From an uncultured Candidatus Peribacteria bacterium (GTDB lineage: Bacteria > Patescibacteriota > Gracilibacteria > BD1-5 > JAGOOR01), in NCBI GenBank assembly GCA_964521495.1, contig CAZFTF010000002.1, positions 23,936 through 87,935 on the forward strand: a stretch of 64,000 nt of DNA. The letters run 5' to 3'. A model generated the notes under the pieces. That model was not told the origin of the DNA and ran no database searches. It saw only the letters and a list, made by a program, of their open reading frames with translations. Shown in pieces: positions 1 to 11,217 of the stretch; positions within the stretch are counted from its first letter, which is position 1, and each line of letters opens with the position of its first letter. A program made the translations under genes and the position numbers.

Positions 1-277
<277 letters not shown>

Positions 278-361
278 TTAAGAAATAAATATGCCACGAG
301 TATAAAAAAATACTCTCAAAAGCAAGATTTTTCAGACTAGAAGTGTAACAACTATTCTTTT

Positions 362-775
362 TTATTTTTTGTAGGGTATTCAAATTACCAGAGCATCATC
401 TGATAAATCATCACTTTGTAAAAGCTCCGTCATAGTATCTAAAACAAATTTTTCACGTTCTGACGAAGAAAGATGAGGCAACTCAAAATAATATATTACT
501 GTGGGTATATGACCTATTTTAATAGATGCTCGATACATAAAGTCATTTTCTTTTATTATGTACTTATCTGGTACAGAATAAAGAGATTTCAACAGTTCTT
601 CGACATTAGTGATTTGTGTTCCAATTGGAACGAGAATACAAATATCACCATGTACTTCGAGAGTATGGGTGACTTCTTCAGGTGTTATTTCAGCAAGAGG
701 AGGATTTTCTAGAGAGTCATAGAGTTCTTTGAACTCTTCATCATCTGGGGAATATCCTGGGGCAAAATTAATCAT
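362..775 (-). CDS. Hypothetical acidic protein (137 aa)
   Basis: ORF track 380..775 (131 aa, rich in D/E) ends at TGA. Read as Gly it continues 5 codons to TAA at 362-364. No family recognised. Confidence 0.45.
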
Positions 776-832
776 TGCAAAAGACTAAAAAATAGATACC
801 CTCATCATAGCAGATTTTTTTTATATTTTCAA

Positions 833-2716
833 GTGAAATCCCTCTATTCTCATCTTCCGACTTGCCCTGGTGTCTATTTGATGAAAAACGCAAAAGGGAG
901 TACTATTTATATCTGAAAATCAAATAATCTCCGTGCACGAGTTCGATCATATTTTGTACCCAATGCCTCGCTGAATTTCGCGAAGAAAAAAATGATTAAG
1001 CTCATCGCGCAGATTGATTATATTGAGACAAAGAGCGACATCGAAGCATTGATGCTCGAGACCAATCTGATTAAAACCAATCAACCAAAATATAATGTCC
1101 TGATGAAAGATGGAAAAAATCTTTCCTATATCACGATTACTTCTGATCCTATTCCATGCCTGATAAAAACCCGATTTAAACCATCTGCTTGAATATCAAA
1201 AAAATCCCCCTGACACCAACATGATGTTCCGTCCCCCTTTGCAAAGGGGGCAGAATATTTTGGTCCGTACAGTCAGTATTTTGATGTGAGAAAATATGTT
1301 CGTTTTGTGCGCAAACTTTTCAGACTCTGAAATCATGAATCCTATCAAGAACTTCAGAAATCAAAGGGGATACCCTGTATCGATACACATCTAGGTCTCT
1401 GTCCAGGACACTGTACAGGCGATCCAGAAAAAATCTGAATATACCTGGAGAGATTGGAGCAAGCACGCGAGTTCCTCTGATGAAAACACGAAGCCATACT
1501 GGCAGACCTGCGGGACAAGATGCAACAGGCAGCCCAAAAACGAGAATTTGAACAGGCACAGGAATATAAAGGAATGATTGAACAAATTGAGGCAACTGGG
1601 AACCGTCAGATTGTGAGAGATGTAATTGAGGGTGATGCCTTGGTGGTGACAGGATTAGAAAAATATGGGCAGGTGTTTATCTCTTTTGTAGAAGTGAAAA
1701 ACAGTATGACAGTCGGAGTCTATGAATACCGAATCGAGAATCCACTTAATGAGAATGTGGAAGATCTTTTTGCTCACGCGGTACTTCAGTATATCGGTGA
1801 ACATAATATCCTCTCCGAGAAGAAACAAACCATTCTTTTTACCGACATTGCTCTCGAATCTTGCACCGAATTTGCTGAATTTATTGTCTCAGAAAAGGTA
1901 CTTGTGAAACATCCCGTCCGAGGCGAGAAAGTGCGACTCCTTGAATTCGCCCATACCAATCTCCTCAATTTCGCCTATCGGGAGACCATGGAGTGATTTA
2001 AAAAATCGACGCTGGGGAAAAAAGACATGGTTTCACTTTTGGATATACTTTTCTGAGAGAAAATTGCAGAGAAAAAAGAAGTTATCTTTGAGTGTTTCGA
2101 TATTTCCCATTCTCATGGTGAACATACGGTCGCGAGCCAGTCAGTACTCGTCAATGGAAAACCAGATCCAAAACGGTATAAAAAATATCGGATTAAAACC
2201 TTGAAAACTGGAGTAATTGATGACTTTGCTTCAATGGAGGAGATTCTTACACGACGAACACTGGCAGCTCTTCGTGGTGAAAATCCTTGGCCGGATATGA
2301 TAATTATCGACGGAGGAAAAGGGCAATTATCACACGCAGTTGAAGCCATCAAAAAGCACACAATGGATATCCCGAAAATTGTTTCTCTTGCAAAGCGAGA
2401 AGAAGAAGTTTTTCTTCCGTGACAATCTGAACCAATACTTCTTGAAAAAGGATCTTCTGAACTAATGCTCCTCCAGAAAATCAGAGATGAAGCTCACCGA
2501 TTTGCGATTAATTATAATCGTGCCTCACGAGAAAAATGATATACAAAAACCATTTTTGATGAACTTCCTGGTATCGGCCCAGTTGCACGCAAAAAAATTC
2601 TCTCTTATATTTCTCGTATTGAGGAACTTCAGACATGGTCACTCGAAAAAGCCGAGAAAGCGTTTGGAAATAAAACAGCCATTATACTCCAGGATCACGG
2701 TATCCTACAGGGCTAG
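833..2716 (+). CDS. uvrC: Excinuclease ABC subunit C
   Basis: Track fragments 992..1192, 1520..1996 and 2201..2422 share one frame and are joined through about 10 TGA codons. Motifs seen: GIY-YIG PGVYLMKNAKGSTIYI[G]KSNNLRARVRSYF, FGPY, CIDTHLGLCPGHC, FECFDISHSHGEHTVAS, and C-terminal HhH ELPGIGPVARKKIL. Stop is TAG at 2714-2716. The GTG start at 833 is a guess. Confidence 0.9.
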
Positions 2717-2746
2717 TATTTCCCAAGAAAAAACTATACTTCCTCT

Positions 2747-3220
2747 ATGACTAAACTTCCTCTTGAATTCTCCGCTCGCTGAATTATTTTTGATTCCCAG
2801 TGACGAGTATTGCTCGTAAAGCATAGAGCTACAAATCCATGGACCCTGCCAGGAGGACATGTAGAAAAAGAAGAAACATTTCAGGATGCCTGTATTCGCG
2901 AAGCGTATGAAGAACTCTGACTCAAAATCAGCCTTATTGCAGAAGAAGAACCATCAAAAGAAAAGGGGATTATACTACTTCCAAAACCAGAAAGAGTTCA
3001 GCTGATAGAGTATACCAATCATCGTGGTCCTGTAAGAAAGTATGAAGAATTCTTCCTTGCAGAAGTCGTCTCTGGAACTCTGAAAAAACAAGATGATGAA
3101 ATCTATGCGGTTGCCTGGAAGAGTCTCGAGGAAATAGAAAAAATCCCCAAAGGGGAAATCTTTGAGGGGATTCGTGAGATTATTCTCGAAGCGTTTGAAG
3201 ATGATGGTGACGAGGATTAG
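2747..3220 (+). CDS. NUDIX hydrolase
   Basis: Nudix box GGHVEKEETFQDACIREAYEEL[G]L, with the box glycine encoded by TGA at 2918-2920. There are three in-frame TGA codons. ATG at 2747, TAG at 3218-3220. Confidence 0.85.
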
Positions 3221-3224
3221 ATTC

Positions 3225-3839
3225 TTATTCCTCCGATCTTGCCATCATGGCACGATATCCTTTATCACAACCATCGGGATAGGGTCTATTCCACAAATTT
3301 TTGAGCACATTACCTTCCCTGCACAAGGCGGGGGCATTATCTGCACCAAATAAGGTTATAACACGCTCATGAGCTTTTTCTCTGACTGGTATGATACCCA
3401 CAGCCTCAGTCAGCGTGGCTTCGTCATCTTCAGGGTTTTGATCATATGCGGCCGCAAACTGCTCCAACAGCCCGCTTACTGCTTCGAGTCGCTTGCCGGG
3501 CACGGTGGGCGGACAGGGAGGCGTCGGCCCCATGCCGTCCCATAGCCCTATATCCCGGAGCGGACGGATGTAGTATGGCAGAATCAACTCTTCATGCCGC
3601 TGGTCTGTATCGGGTGAAAAGGCTTCTTTCATCGCAAGGCGGAGCAGAAGGAGGTTCACGAGATGCTCCGCGCTATTTCTGGGATCGGGCCCGGTCTTGA
3701 GTACCGCAACGGTGCGTCCGATTTCTCTTGAAAGCTGTTTGGTGTTGATCTGCATGTCAAATCGAAGCGTGTCCACAACGTCCTCCCATGTGCAGGCGGG
3801 TTGCTGTTCAGTATCTTCATTCAGTCTATTGTCCACCAT
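3225..3839 (-). CDS. Orphan hypothetical protein, GC-rich, no UGA codons (204 aa)
   Basis: Uninterrupted 204-aa ORF in the track. The central part is about 60-75% G+C by hand counts over 3441-3540, against about 35-40% for neighbouring sequence. All 12 Gly codons are GGN. No family recognised. Confidence 0.6.
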   Translation of the reverse strand: MVDNRLNEDTEQQPACTWEDVVDTLRFDMQINTKQLSREIGRTVAVLKTGPDPRNSAEHLVNLLLLRLAMKEAFSPDTDQRHEELILPYYIRPLRDIGLWDGMGPTPPCPPTVPGKRLEAVSGLLEQFAAAYDQNPEDDEATLTEAVGIIPVREKAHERVITLFGADNAPALCREGNVLKNLWNRPYPDGCDKGYRAMMARSEE

Positions 3840-3859
3840 ATAGTTTTTATTCGTCTATT

Positions 3860-3887
3860 AATATAATAATCTCTCTATCTTTGTCAA
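3860..3887 (-). promoter_or_regulatory. Putative sigma70-type promoter for the GC-rich orphan gene
   Basis: The minus strand reads TTGACA-16 nt-TATATT and ends about 20 nt upstream of the ATG at 3839. It lies in an AT-rich spacer between this gene and the nrdG stop. Confidence 0.4.
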
Positions 3888-3891
3888 AAAT

Positions 3892-4593
3892 CTACACCCT
3901 CACTCCACATTTCTCTACATACGGTTCCATGATTTTTTGGAGTTCTGTGAGTTCTTTTTCTGTCCAGCTCATTCATTGAAAATTTGGATCGAGCGTATTG
4001 CCTGGGCGATAATTTTGAAGGTAGTAATTCTTTGCTCACTGAATCGTTTCACCAATTTTTTTTATATCTTCTTCGGAGTGAACCCCTTTGATAACCGTGG
4101 TACGAAACTCGTAATCAGGGAGCCGAGTTTTTATAAGCTCAATACTTCTTTTAAAGAGATTGATATCAATTTCTACGCCACTTACCATCCGATATTGCTC
4201 AAGAGGATATTTGATATCCATAGCCACATAGTCGAGGAGATTTTCATCCATCAGATGTTCCAGCATAGCAGGATTACTCCCATTGGTATCGAGCTTTACG
4301 AGAAAGCCTGCTGCTTTTATCTTTCGACAAAAATCTGGTAAATCACTATGAATAGTTGGTTCACCGCCGCATATGACGACGCCATCGAGAAATCCAACTC
4401 TTGTTTTCAAGAACCGGAAAAACACTTCTTCACTGATACAGTCATGGCAAATCTTCTTTATTTTTTCTGGAACAACAAACTCGCTATTATGACAATATCA
4501 GCAACGCATATTGCATCCCATCGTAAAAACAATCGTAGCTACTTTGCCAGGATAATCGAGAAGCGTAGATTTCTTTATTCCGGAAAGAAGCAT
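3892..4593 (-). CDS. nrdG: Anaerobic ribonucleotide reductase activating protein (radical SAM)
   Basis: N-terminus MLLSGIKKSTLLDYPGKVATIVFTMGCNMRC[G]YCHN carries the CxxxCxxC radical-SAM motif, with TGA at 4498-4500. Track ORF 4036..4425 contains GGEPT. The C-terminus is extended through two TGA codons to TAG at 3892-3894. The gene lies immediately downstream of nrdD. Confidence 0.85.
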
Positions 4594-4616
4594 AGAGGAT
4601 TTTAATTATATTATGG

Positions 4617-4811
4617 CTACACTTTGTACTTTTGTTGCCAAAAGTACCAAAAGCATTTAGGACAGCAAAACTCGCTATAATCTGAATTCATCACTTGACT
4701 CAATTCATCCCGCTCAAACAGTTGCTGTCCTAAAAACCCTTTTCTGTTCGTGGTAAATTTTATTAAACGAATAAAACAAACTAAACTCATTAGACCAAAT
4801 AAACTTAGCAT
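4617..4811 (-). CDS. Small hypothetical protein (64 aa) inside the nrd operon
   Basis: The ATG directly abuts the stop of the 4812..5009 ORF and the gene ends 23 nt before nrdG. It has a hydrophobic N-terminus and a CCPKC motif. It could be spurious. Confidence 0.3.
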   Translation of the reverse strand: MLSLFGLMSLVCFIRLIKFTTNRKGFLGQQLFERDELSQVMNSDYSEFCCPKCFWYFWQQKYKV

Positions 4812-5009
4812 CTATACTGCTCCGTACTGAGCCATAAAGCAAGAGTTGTCACTCTTTGTCTCATCAAAGTAGGTGCGAGTATAAAACTCTGATTTTTTCC
4901 CATTGTTAAATTGGCTTACCGGTCGGTAATATCCCATAACACGAGTATAGATTTCACATTTTGTGCGCTCAACAGTGTTGCCATTGTTATCAATAAAGAA
5001 TGCAGACAT
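4812..5009 (-). CDS. Free-standing NrdD C-terminal glycyl-radical module (65 aa)
   Basis: Contains EIYTRVMGYYRPVSQFNNGKKSEFYTRTYF, the hallmark RVxGY glycyl-radical loop and following NxGKxxE motif of class III RNR C-termini. It has its own ATG, 49 nt after the TAA of the main nrdD ORF and in a different frame. Confidence 0.8.
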   Translation of the reverse strand: MSAFFIDNNGNTVERTKCEIYTRVMGYYRPVSQFNNGKKSEFYTRTYFDETKSDNSCFMAQYGAV

Positions 5010-5058
5010 ATGAATAAAATTAAGAGAGAAAAAAGAAGAGAGAAAAAAGAGGATTGGT

Positions 5059-7287
5059 TTATTCTACTGGAGCACAGCATTCACAGGCGTGAGTTTTTTC
5101 GAGTTCATGTATTTTATTTTCATCAGCAGTATAAATTTGTCGATATTCGAGATCAAATTTTTGTCCTGTGTATCCGATTTCTGCATCACATTTTGGACAG
5201 TAATCATGTTCTCCGTTGACGTACCCGTGTTTTGGACAGATAGAAAATGTCGGAGTGACAGTGATATAAGGAAGTTGGTAATTTGAGAGAGCTTTCTTGA
5301 TGAGATTTTTACAAGCCTCTGCATCACTCATTCTTTCCCCCATATAGAGATGAAGTACTGTTCCGCCTGTATATTTGCATTGAAGCTCATTTTGGTATTC
5401 GAGTGCCTCAAAGGCATCATCAGTGAAATTGACAGGAAGTTGAGTAGAGTTTGTGTAGTACGGATTATCTGGAGTTCCTGATTGGATGATATTTGGAAGT
5501 TGTTTCTGGTCTTCTTTTGCAAAGCGGTAGGTTGTCCCTTCCGCAGGTGTTGCTTCGAGATTGTACATATTACCAGTTTCTTCCTGGTACGCCTTGAGAG
5601 TATCTCGCATAAATTCGAGAATCTCAGTAGCAAATGCCTTGCCCCAATCAGTGGAGATATCTTCTTTGCCGTCTGTGAAATTCATAATAGCTTCATTCAT
5701 ACCATTGAGACCAATAGTGGAGAAATGATTTCTAAATGATCTCAGATAACGATACGTGTAAGGATAGAGACCTTTTTCGAGCCATTCACCGAGGACTTTT
5801 CGTTTGATTTCAAGAGAAGATTTCGCGAGGTTCATCAGATGAAGAATTTGTTCCTTAAATGCTTCCTTGTCGCTTTTTTTGATATATCCGATACGTGCGA
5901 GATTGAGTGTGACGACCCCGATAGAACCCGTCATTTCCGCTGAACCAAAGAGACCATTTCCTCGCTTCAGGAGCTCTCGGAGGTCGAGCTGGAGACGGCA
6001 ACACATAGAGCGGACAGCGCCAGGCTTGTAAGCCTCTTTATTCTCTACTGTGACCATATTTCAATTCTCATCTTTGACTCGTTTGTACTGAGACCCGATA
6101 AAATTTTGGAAATAAGGAAGACCATATTTTGCTGTAACATCGAAAATACGGAGTGTCTCAGGAGAATCCCATGGGAAATCTTCTGTGATATTGTACGTTG
6201 GGATAGGAAATGTGAAGACACGGCCTTTGCTATCACCTGCTGCATAGACTTCGAGAAGTGCCTTATTGATAATAGCGCGTTCTTTATTGAGTTCACCAAA
6301 TTTTTTCACATATTCACCTTTTTCATATCCACCGAGATGGAGACCCTTTTCAGCGAGATCTTCCGGACAGGTCCAGTCGAGGGTGATATTTGTAAACGGT
6401 GTTTGTGTTCCCCAACGAGATGGGACATTGAGACCGAAAACAAAATTTTGCATCTGTTGATAGACGTATGAATACGTCTTCTCTTCGATATATTTCTCTT
6501 TTGCTTCTTCGTTTTCAAACGCCATTCCATATTCTGCGATATCGCGTCGGAGTTCTAGTTCGTGTTTGTGAACGTATGGAGAGAGGTAGGTGTCAAATGA
6601 TGAGAATGCTTGTGCGCCAGCCCATTCATTTTGGAGAGTTCCGAGAAAGTTGATCATCTGATTGACTGCTGCCTGGAGATTTCGTGGCGGTGCTGACTCG
6701 ATACGATTTGGCATACCATTGAAACCTTCTTCGAGAAGTTGTCGGAGACTCCAACCAGCACAATATCCAGAGAACATATCGAGATCATGAATATGGTAGT
6801 CACCATTTCGGTGTGCATTTCCAACCTCTGAAGGGTAGATATGAGAGAGCCAGTAGTTGGCTGTGATTTTTCCAGAAGTATTGAGGAGCATGCCTCCGAG
6901 TGAATAACCAGAATTTGCATTCGCATTGACTCTCCAGTCAGAACGATTGAGGTATTCCTCCATTGTTTTCCCAACTTCGACAACAACCAATCGGTCAGTA
7001 CGAGTCTCTGCACGTTTCTCACGGTAGAGGATAAAGGCCTTTGCTACCGCATCATGTCCATGCTTGATAAGAATTTCCTCCACAGCATCTTGTATCATCT
7101 CGACATTGGGTAAATCCTTACCAGCATGTTCCATCGCTCGTGCGATGACTTCATCAGCGAGAGCATGAACCCGGGAGAAGTCTTCTCCCCCAACGGCCTC
7201 GATAGCTTTTTGTATGGCATGTTCGATTTTATGTCTGTTGAAGGTAACAATGGCGCCATTGCGCTTGCGGATCTTGTAAAGTGCCAT
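5059..7287 (-). CDS. nrdD: Anaerobic ribonucleoside-triphosphate reductase (class III), main body without the glycyl-radical loop
   Basis: Track ORFs 6061..7326 and 5059..6057 are joined by one TGA at 6058-6060. Features: N-terminal ATP-cone (MALYKIRKRNGAIVTFNRHKIEHAIQKA), SMCCRLQLDL, TGSIGVVTLNLARIGY, and Zn-site ICPKHGYVNGEHDYCPKC. The start is set at ATG 7285-7287 (MALYKIRKRNG) rather than 7326, because NrdR-box-like sites overlap the longer form. Confidence 0.9.
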
Positions 7288-7307
7288 AAAAGTGAAATTA
7301 GAAAAAT

Positions 7308-7355
7308 TAACTATATATTGTGCCAAAAATTTAGCGCAGACACAATATGTAGTTT
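7308..7355 (-). promoter_or_regulatory. Two tandem NrdR-box-like operators upstream of nrdD
   Basis: taactatatattgtgc (7308-7323) matches the NrdR consensus acaCwAtATaTwGtgt at 13/16 positions and acacaatatgtagttt (7340-7355) at 14/16. Centre-to-centre spacing is 32 bp, the usual tandem arrangement. Confidence 0.5.
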
Positions 7356-7567
7356 TTTCGGAAATGCAAAAAGTTATAAAAGTATCAATATTACTTCTTC
7401 AAAAATGTGTGTCGTGATATAAAAATGTGTTCACTTTTTTGCCATATTGAAATGGATTTCTCGGGAAACCTCCCCCAAAAATTGATCCAGCTTGCCAAAA
7501 TTAATTTTTATTTCGGAGCTATCTTTTCAAAGAATTTTGCTAGGATTTTGGAATTTCTCGATATACT

Positions 7568-8293
7568 ATGAGCCCTATGAAATCTCTCAAAAATTTTCTC
7601 AAAATCACGATGCTCGTTCTTCATGTCATCTTTTTGATTGCGATGCTGGGAATTGGAATCCTCTCTTTCACTTCACCAGAAATTATTCGTGCGGTATTGG
7701 ATTGGATGGGTGAGCAGATTCGCTCATGGGGAAACTGGAATTATCTCATTCTTTTCCTCGTAGCGATGATAGAATCATTTCCATTTATTGGGGTGGTTGT
7801 TCCGGGTATGAATGTGATGATACTCGTCGGTGGCTTCTTCGTACAACGAGACATGAATATCTTTCTTCTCTCAGCCATACTTGCTATGCTTGGGGCATGT
7901 CTTGGCAATGCTCTCGGGTATATGATGGGAAGGGTATCAGGAAAGGAGCTCCTACAAAAATATGGTCTCTGGATTGGTCTTGGCCCCAAAGAACTCGCTT
8001 TCCTCGAGCGACAGGTACATAAAAATGGTTTTTGGTTTATAGTTGGATGAAAATTCCACAACCTCTTTCGTTCCTTTGTTCCGTACCTGGCAGCTTCCCA
8101 AGGTCTCTCTGGTCGCAAATTCTGGGTTGCAAATATTGTCGGATCTTCTATCTGGGCAGTATGTATTCTCCTTATTGGTGTCTTCTTCGTCGAATCGTAT
8201 GAAGTCGTTCTCCAGTATCTGAGCTATATCCTGATAGCAATTATTGTAGTAGCATTTGGGGTGTATTCTTACCGAGAAAAACAGAAAAAGTAA
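7568..8293 (+). CDS. DedA family membrane protein
   Basis: Track ORF 7568..8050 is extended through one TGA (FIVG[G]KFHNLFRSFVPYLAA) to TAA at 8291-8293. Multi-TM, with a typical DedA/SNARE-associated core (ESFPFIGVVVPG). Confidence 0.8.
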
Positions 8294-8303
8294 TATACAG
8301 ACT

Positions 8304-9101
8304 ATGATTCCTCTTTTTTGACATCACAAGATACAACGAGGAATTATAGTGACTCTTCTTGTCATTTTAGGTGTCTCATTTTTTCAAAAAGATCAGTATA
8401 AAAATATCGACTCAATTCAGCCAGAGATTCTTCAAGAGCCCGTACAATCTCCTACAACATCAGGGGAAATTTCTTTTGAGAGAGATGGGTATTCATACAT
8501 TCTGACACCCTTATATGATTATACAATACAGGGATTGGCAGTCAGTACGCAGCCGTATGACACATGGTACAATCTCAGCAGAGTAGCGAAAACGTTTACA
8601 AAGGATGTGTGTCTGATATGGGGAGAGACAGTTAAAAAACGAGGTTACCAAGATAAAACTCTGAAAATATCACAAGATTTCCGATTTTGCCTCTACCAAT
8701 ATTGGTCAAAGGAATTGGTTTTCAATGCCAATGAACTCTCTAACAATCACCTTATACCACGAGATGAAGAGGTGGAGAAAAAGATTCGCTCGATACAGGC
8801 AGGGGATCAAGTCAGGATGCGAGGGAAATTGGTGAATGTCGATGGCACACTGATTGATACCGCATGAAAATATGAACGAGAAAAAACGATTTGGCAGACA
8901 AGTATTTCACGCGATGATACTGGTGCTGGAGCCTGTGAGGTGTTGTATGTGGAAGAAATAGAGGTACTACAAAGAGGAAATCCGATCTATCGTTGACTCT
9001 ACACTATGAGTCTCTTCGGTATTCTGGTATTTATTTCCCTCAAAATATATTTCTTCTTTCTTAGTTGATGGAATAGAAAAATAAGGAAAGGGCTAAAATA
9101 A
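8304..9101 (+). CDS. Hypothetical membrane-anchored protein (265 aa)
   Basis: Track ORF 8349..8867 is extended in frame at both ends through TGA codons. It has N-terminal and C-terminal hydrophobic segments. TAA at 9099-9101. No family recognised. Confidence 0.5.
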
Positions 9102-9130
9102 TAATCCCAATTTTCCAGAGGATATTATTA

Positions 9131-9553
9131 CTAGCGTTGTATTTGTAAATTTTCTTGGATCTTTTCTTTTACTTTCATAAGAAGGGGCTCTGGTGTAATA
9201 AAATTATCATCTGCTAACCAGTTACTTCACCACCGTGTATCCTTGAAGACTATGCCCTCAAAGACTCTTTCTTTTTTATAGCGTGGCACCAGGTGGCAAT
9301 GGAGGTGTGGGTCAGAATTCCCTAGAAATGAATAATTCACCCAATCAGGGGCAAATGATACATCCAATGATATTTGTAATTCTTTTATTATTTCAAAAAA
9401 TTCTTCCATTTCTTCTTTGTTTGCTTCTATCAAATTCTGTGCATTTTCCCTATCACACCAGATTACACATCGTCCAAGATATTCCTGATGAGTACAAGCA
9501 TAGACTGTCCAATAAGTATACTGTTTAATAATATTTTTTGAATAGTCTGTCAT
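9131..9553 (-). CDS. HIT (histidine triad) family protein
   Basis: Histidine triad motif DPHLHCHLVPRY. Track ORF 9227..9553 is extended through one TGA to TAG at 9131-9133. Confidence 0.75.
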
Positions 9554-9556
9554 AAA

Positions 9557-10477
9557 TTATTTTATAAACCCCCTCACAAAATCCTCTCCAGAAATTCGTT
9601 TCTTGCCTGCTGGTGTGAGTTCATGGATGATGAGGTAGCCATCAGAGAGAGCGAGAGCGGGAAGTCAGTCTTTTATTTGCCAACTCAGGGGCTTGTTAGT
9701 ATGTTTTTCAGGAGATTTTTTCACAGTATGTAGTATAACTTTTGTTTCTCAGAAAAAAGTATAAAGCCCAGGCCAAGGCGTGTAGGCTTGCCAAGCATGG
9801 TGAGTATGATCGAGCGACCAATCGGGCTGGATCTCGCCATCAGTTTTTTCGATATATTTTGTGTAGGTGGCTTCTGAGTCATCTTGTTTCTGAGGTGTAA
9901 GAGTTCCATTATGGAGTCCTTGAATTGCTTCCACGAGGAGTGACCCAGCTCGTTCTCCTGTTTTCTCAAAGAGGGATCCTGTTGTATCGGTTTCGATTAT
10001 TTCCCAAGATTCCTGCACCAAAATATCACCCTCATCCATTCAGAGCGACATTTGCTGGACAGTGAGACCTGTGATTTTTTCACCATCGAGGAGCGCATGC
10101 TGTATTGGTGCTGCCCCACGATATTTTGGGAGGAGGGATGTATGGACATTGAGAAAACCCATCGGTGGGATATCGAGGAGTTCTTGGGGGAGGATTTTCC
10201 CATAGGCGACCACGAGACAGATATCAGGTTTGAGAGCCTTGATGGCTTCGAGAAAATCGGGATTATTTTTGACTTTATTAGGTTGCAGGAGAGGAATGTT
10301 TTTTTCTTTTGCGAGCAATGTTATGGGGGACTGTATGAGCGTATGTCCTCGCCCTCCAGTAGCGTCAGAATTGGAAACTATTGTAACCAATTCGAGTTCT
10401 TTTGAGTCGAGGAGATATATGAGAATATCAGCTGATAGTTGGGGGGTACCAAAGAATATTGCACGGAGTTTTTTCAT
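9557..10477 (-). CDS. fmt: Methionyl-tRNA formyltransferase
   Basis: Track ORFs 10040..10477 and 9749..10039 plus a tail are joined through three TGA codons. Motifs: FFGTP, VVAYGKILP, FLNVHTSLLPKYRGAAPIQHALL. TAA at 9557-9559. Confidence 0.9.
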
Positions 10478-10536
10478 ATATTTGACAAGTTACATTTACT
10501 GATATAATACAATGAATTTTTTAAATAACTTTTATT

Positions 10537-11214
10537 ATGAGCGAAATACTTAGTGAACAGGATATTAGAATACCACATAATCCTATGATGCAGTTTTATA
10601 ATGCGGTGAAGGATATAGAATCATTGTATCCAAAACTCCGTCTGATACAAGATAGAATTGATGGAGAGAAGAAAATCTTTTCATGTACTATTACAATCAC
10701 TGAACCATTATTGCCAGCTCAGGAAGAAGAAATACAACGGGCTGTATCGGACTTAATTCAGGCAATTATTCTGCCTGTATTACCGGAAGGATTTCAAAGT
10801 ACCACACAGGATGTGACTTTTATTGTTCAGGAGAATTCACCGAGTGAAGTAAAACATGATCCAGAAACTAATCTGGAGACTGTTCTTAGAGCAGTAGAAG
10901 CAGAATTTGCTCGTGACGAGATTCATATAGTATACGAGAATTGAACATTTATTGTGTATGGGGCAGCACCCGCGGATCAATCAATATTGAGGGGATCCAT
11001 TATAAATAAAATTCCGCATAATCTTCCATGTCGGTTAGAGTTCAGATCAGGTGCAGAATGGGAAAAAGAACAGGATACAACAAGGACTATAAGAAACACT
11101 AATAGCTCACTTACTAGATTAGAAATACGGTGAACTCGCCCATTTTCTGGTATTGCACTTACGTTAGCTCAGATGGCTGAAGTAATACGAGATAGGGTAC
11201 TTCCACCACGATAA
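10537..11214 (+). CDS. Hypothetical protein (225 aa)
   Basis: Track ORF 10537..10944 continues through two TGA codons to TAA at 11212-11214. No family recognised, and the C-terminal extension is less certain. Confidence 0.45.
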
Positions 11215-11217
11215 TCA

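Noticed and set aside
1233-1250. The palindrome ccccctttgcaaaggggg looks like a terminator or operator.
   Set aside because: It lies inside the uvrC reading frame (…VPSPFAKGAEYFGPY…) with no T-run, so it is most likely incidental.
7288-7326. The longer nrdD start (MAQYIVNFSNFTF...) given by the ORF track.
   Set aside because: The extension is not part of the ATP-cone and overlaps an NrdR-box-like operator. The ATG at 7285-7287 starts exactly at the conserved ATP-cone sequence.
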